In this document: positions 63,489-64,000 of the stretch, one piece after another | How the letters are laid out: every line of letters begins with the position of its first letter | Numbering within the stretch: the stretch's first letter is position 1 | Origin: an uncultured Ruminococcus sp. | GTDB lineage: Bacteria; Bacillota; Clostridia; Oscillospirales; CAG-272 | Direction: 5' to 3' | DNA: 64,000 nt | Assembly: GCA_902762505.1 (NCBI GenBank) | Contig: CACWOQ010000004.1 | Coordinates: 2,953 to 66,952, forward strand | Program-made: the position numbers and the translations under genes | The notes under the pieces: generated by a model | Told to the model about the DNA's origin: nothing | The model's database searches: none | Seen by the model: only the letters and a program-made list of their open reading frames with translations

Positions 63489-64000
63489 CAGCCTATGACT
63501 CTCGTCCAGCCGAACTCGTCGGGCAGATTGCCCCACTGTATGCCGGTCAGGGTATCGTAAAGCATCTGAGATACGGGTCCGATCGCACCGCCGTTTATCA
63601 CGGCTTTCTTATGCTCGTCGTCAAGCGAGCCTATCGGCGATATGACGGCGGCGGTACCGGTGCCGAACGCCTCCTTCAGCTCCCCTTTGTCGTACGCCTC
63701 GTAAAGCTCGTCTACGGAGATCCTGCGCTCGGATACCTTGTATCCCTTATGTCTGAGAAGCTCGATGCACGACGCGCGCGTCACGCCCGGGAGTATGCTT
63801 CCGTCCGCAAGCGACGGAGTGACGACCTCGTCGCCTATGACGAAGAACACGTTCATGGCGCCGACCTCGTCGATGTATTTTCTGTAAATGCCGTCAAGCC
63901 AGAGGACCTGAGAATAACCGAGCTTCGCCGCCTTTTCCTGTCCCTTCAGCGATGACGCGTAGTTTCCGCCGACCTTGGCGAAGCCCGTGCCGCCCTTTAC
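63488..64000 (-). CDS. ilvE: Branched-chain amino acid aminotransferase (class IV), C-terminal part; 5' end outside the window
   Basis: The frame is open to the window edge: [37 protein letters not shown]...EVGAMNVFF...GSILPGVTR...[13 protein letters not shown]. Typical BCAT blocks. Confidence 0.85.
   Translation of the reverse strand, partial: VKGGTGFAKVGGNYASSLKGQEKAAKLGYSQVLWLDGIYRKYIDEVGAMNVFFVIGDEVVTPSLADGSILPGVTRASCIELLRHKGYKVSERRISVDELYEAYDKGELKEAFGTGTAAVISPIGSLDDEHKKAVINGGAIGPVSQMLYDTLTGIQWGNLPDEFGWTRVIG

Noticed and set aside
1-64000. Search for mobile-element genes, prophage modules, toxin-antitoxin pairs or known defence-system signatures (restriction-modification, Cas, abortive-infection ATPases, reverse transcriptases).
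   Set aside because: No ORF shows transposase DDE/HUH, integrase R..HxxR..Y, terminase, portal, methyltransferase or nuclease motifs that I can recognise. The low-GC island has no recombinase, so its mobility mechanism, if it has one, is unknown.

Overview
About 64 kb of chromosome from a visibly GC-rich Clostridia-type anaerobe. The lineage call is inference only, from GGAGG-type ribosome-binding sites, a V/A-type ATPase operon, cohesin/dockerin modules and many Thr/Glu/Pro-rich linkers; no search was possible. I found no rRNA, CRISPR array, transposase, integrase or phage genes. Content: (1) a nine-gene V/A-type ATPase operon at 4340-12648; (2) many secreted or surface-anchored glycan-active proteins, namely a SASA-like esterase, GH84, GH27, GH36, a DUF4038/GH140-like protein, an NPCBM protein, two Cthe_2159-like beta-helix lipoproteins, a DUF1080-like lectin and a CotH/LTD protein; (3) peptidases (C1, C11, M18, transglutaminase-like, C39-like); (4) one tRNA-Lys(UUU); (5) housekeeping genes (yajC, partial ilvE, an RluA-family synthase, an aminotransferase, a MATE pump). 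Points worth a second look: (a) three intergenic arrays with one shared layout, an AT-rich 8-10-mer alternating with short GC-rich mini-hairpins at 21686-21837, 26160-26270 and 51802-52013, two of them built as convergent 4+4 sets between convergent genes; (b) a duplicated module pairing a zinc-ribbon/TM/extracellular-domain protein with a stand-alone truncated Hanks-type kinase, with paralogous XRE-like HTH genes nearby, which reads like a split receptor kinase; (c) a C-terminal sorting-signal variant, xPxT[S/A]D-A-x-V-[I/A]-A + TM + basic tail, on four proteins; (d) a low-GC island at about 34.7-38.6 kb holding a large secreted multidomain C39-like peptidase gene interrupted by one in-frame TGA, two small surface proteins with near-identical GC-rich 3' modules, and a 48-codon relic of a displaced gene; (e) a translationally coupled dockerin-enzyme/cohesin-anchor pair.
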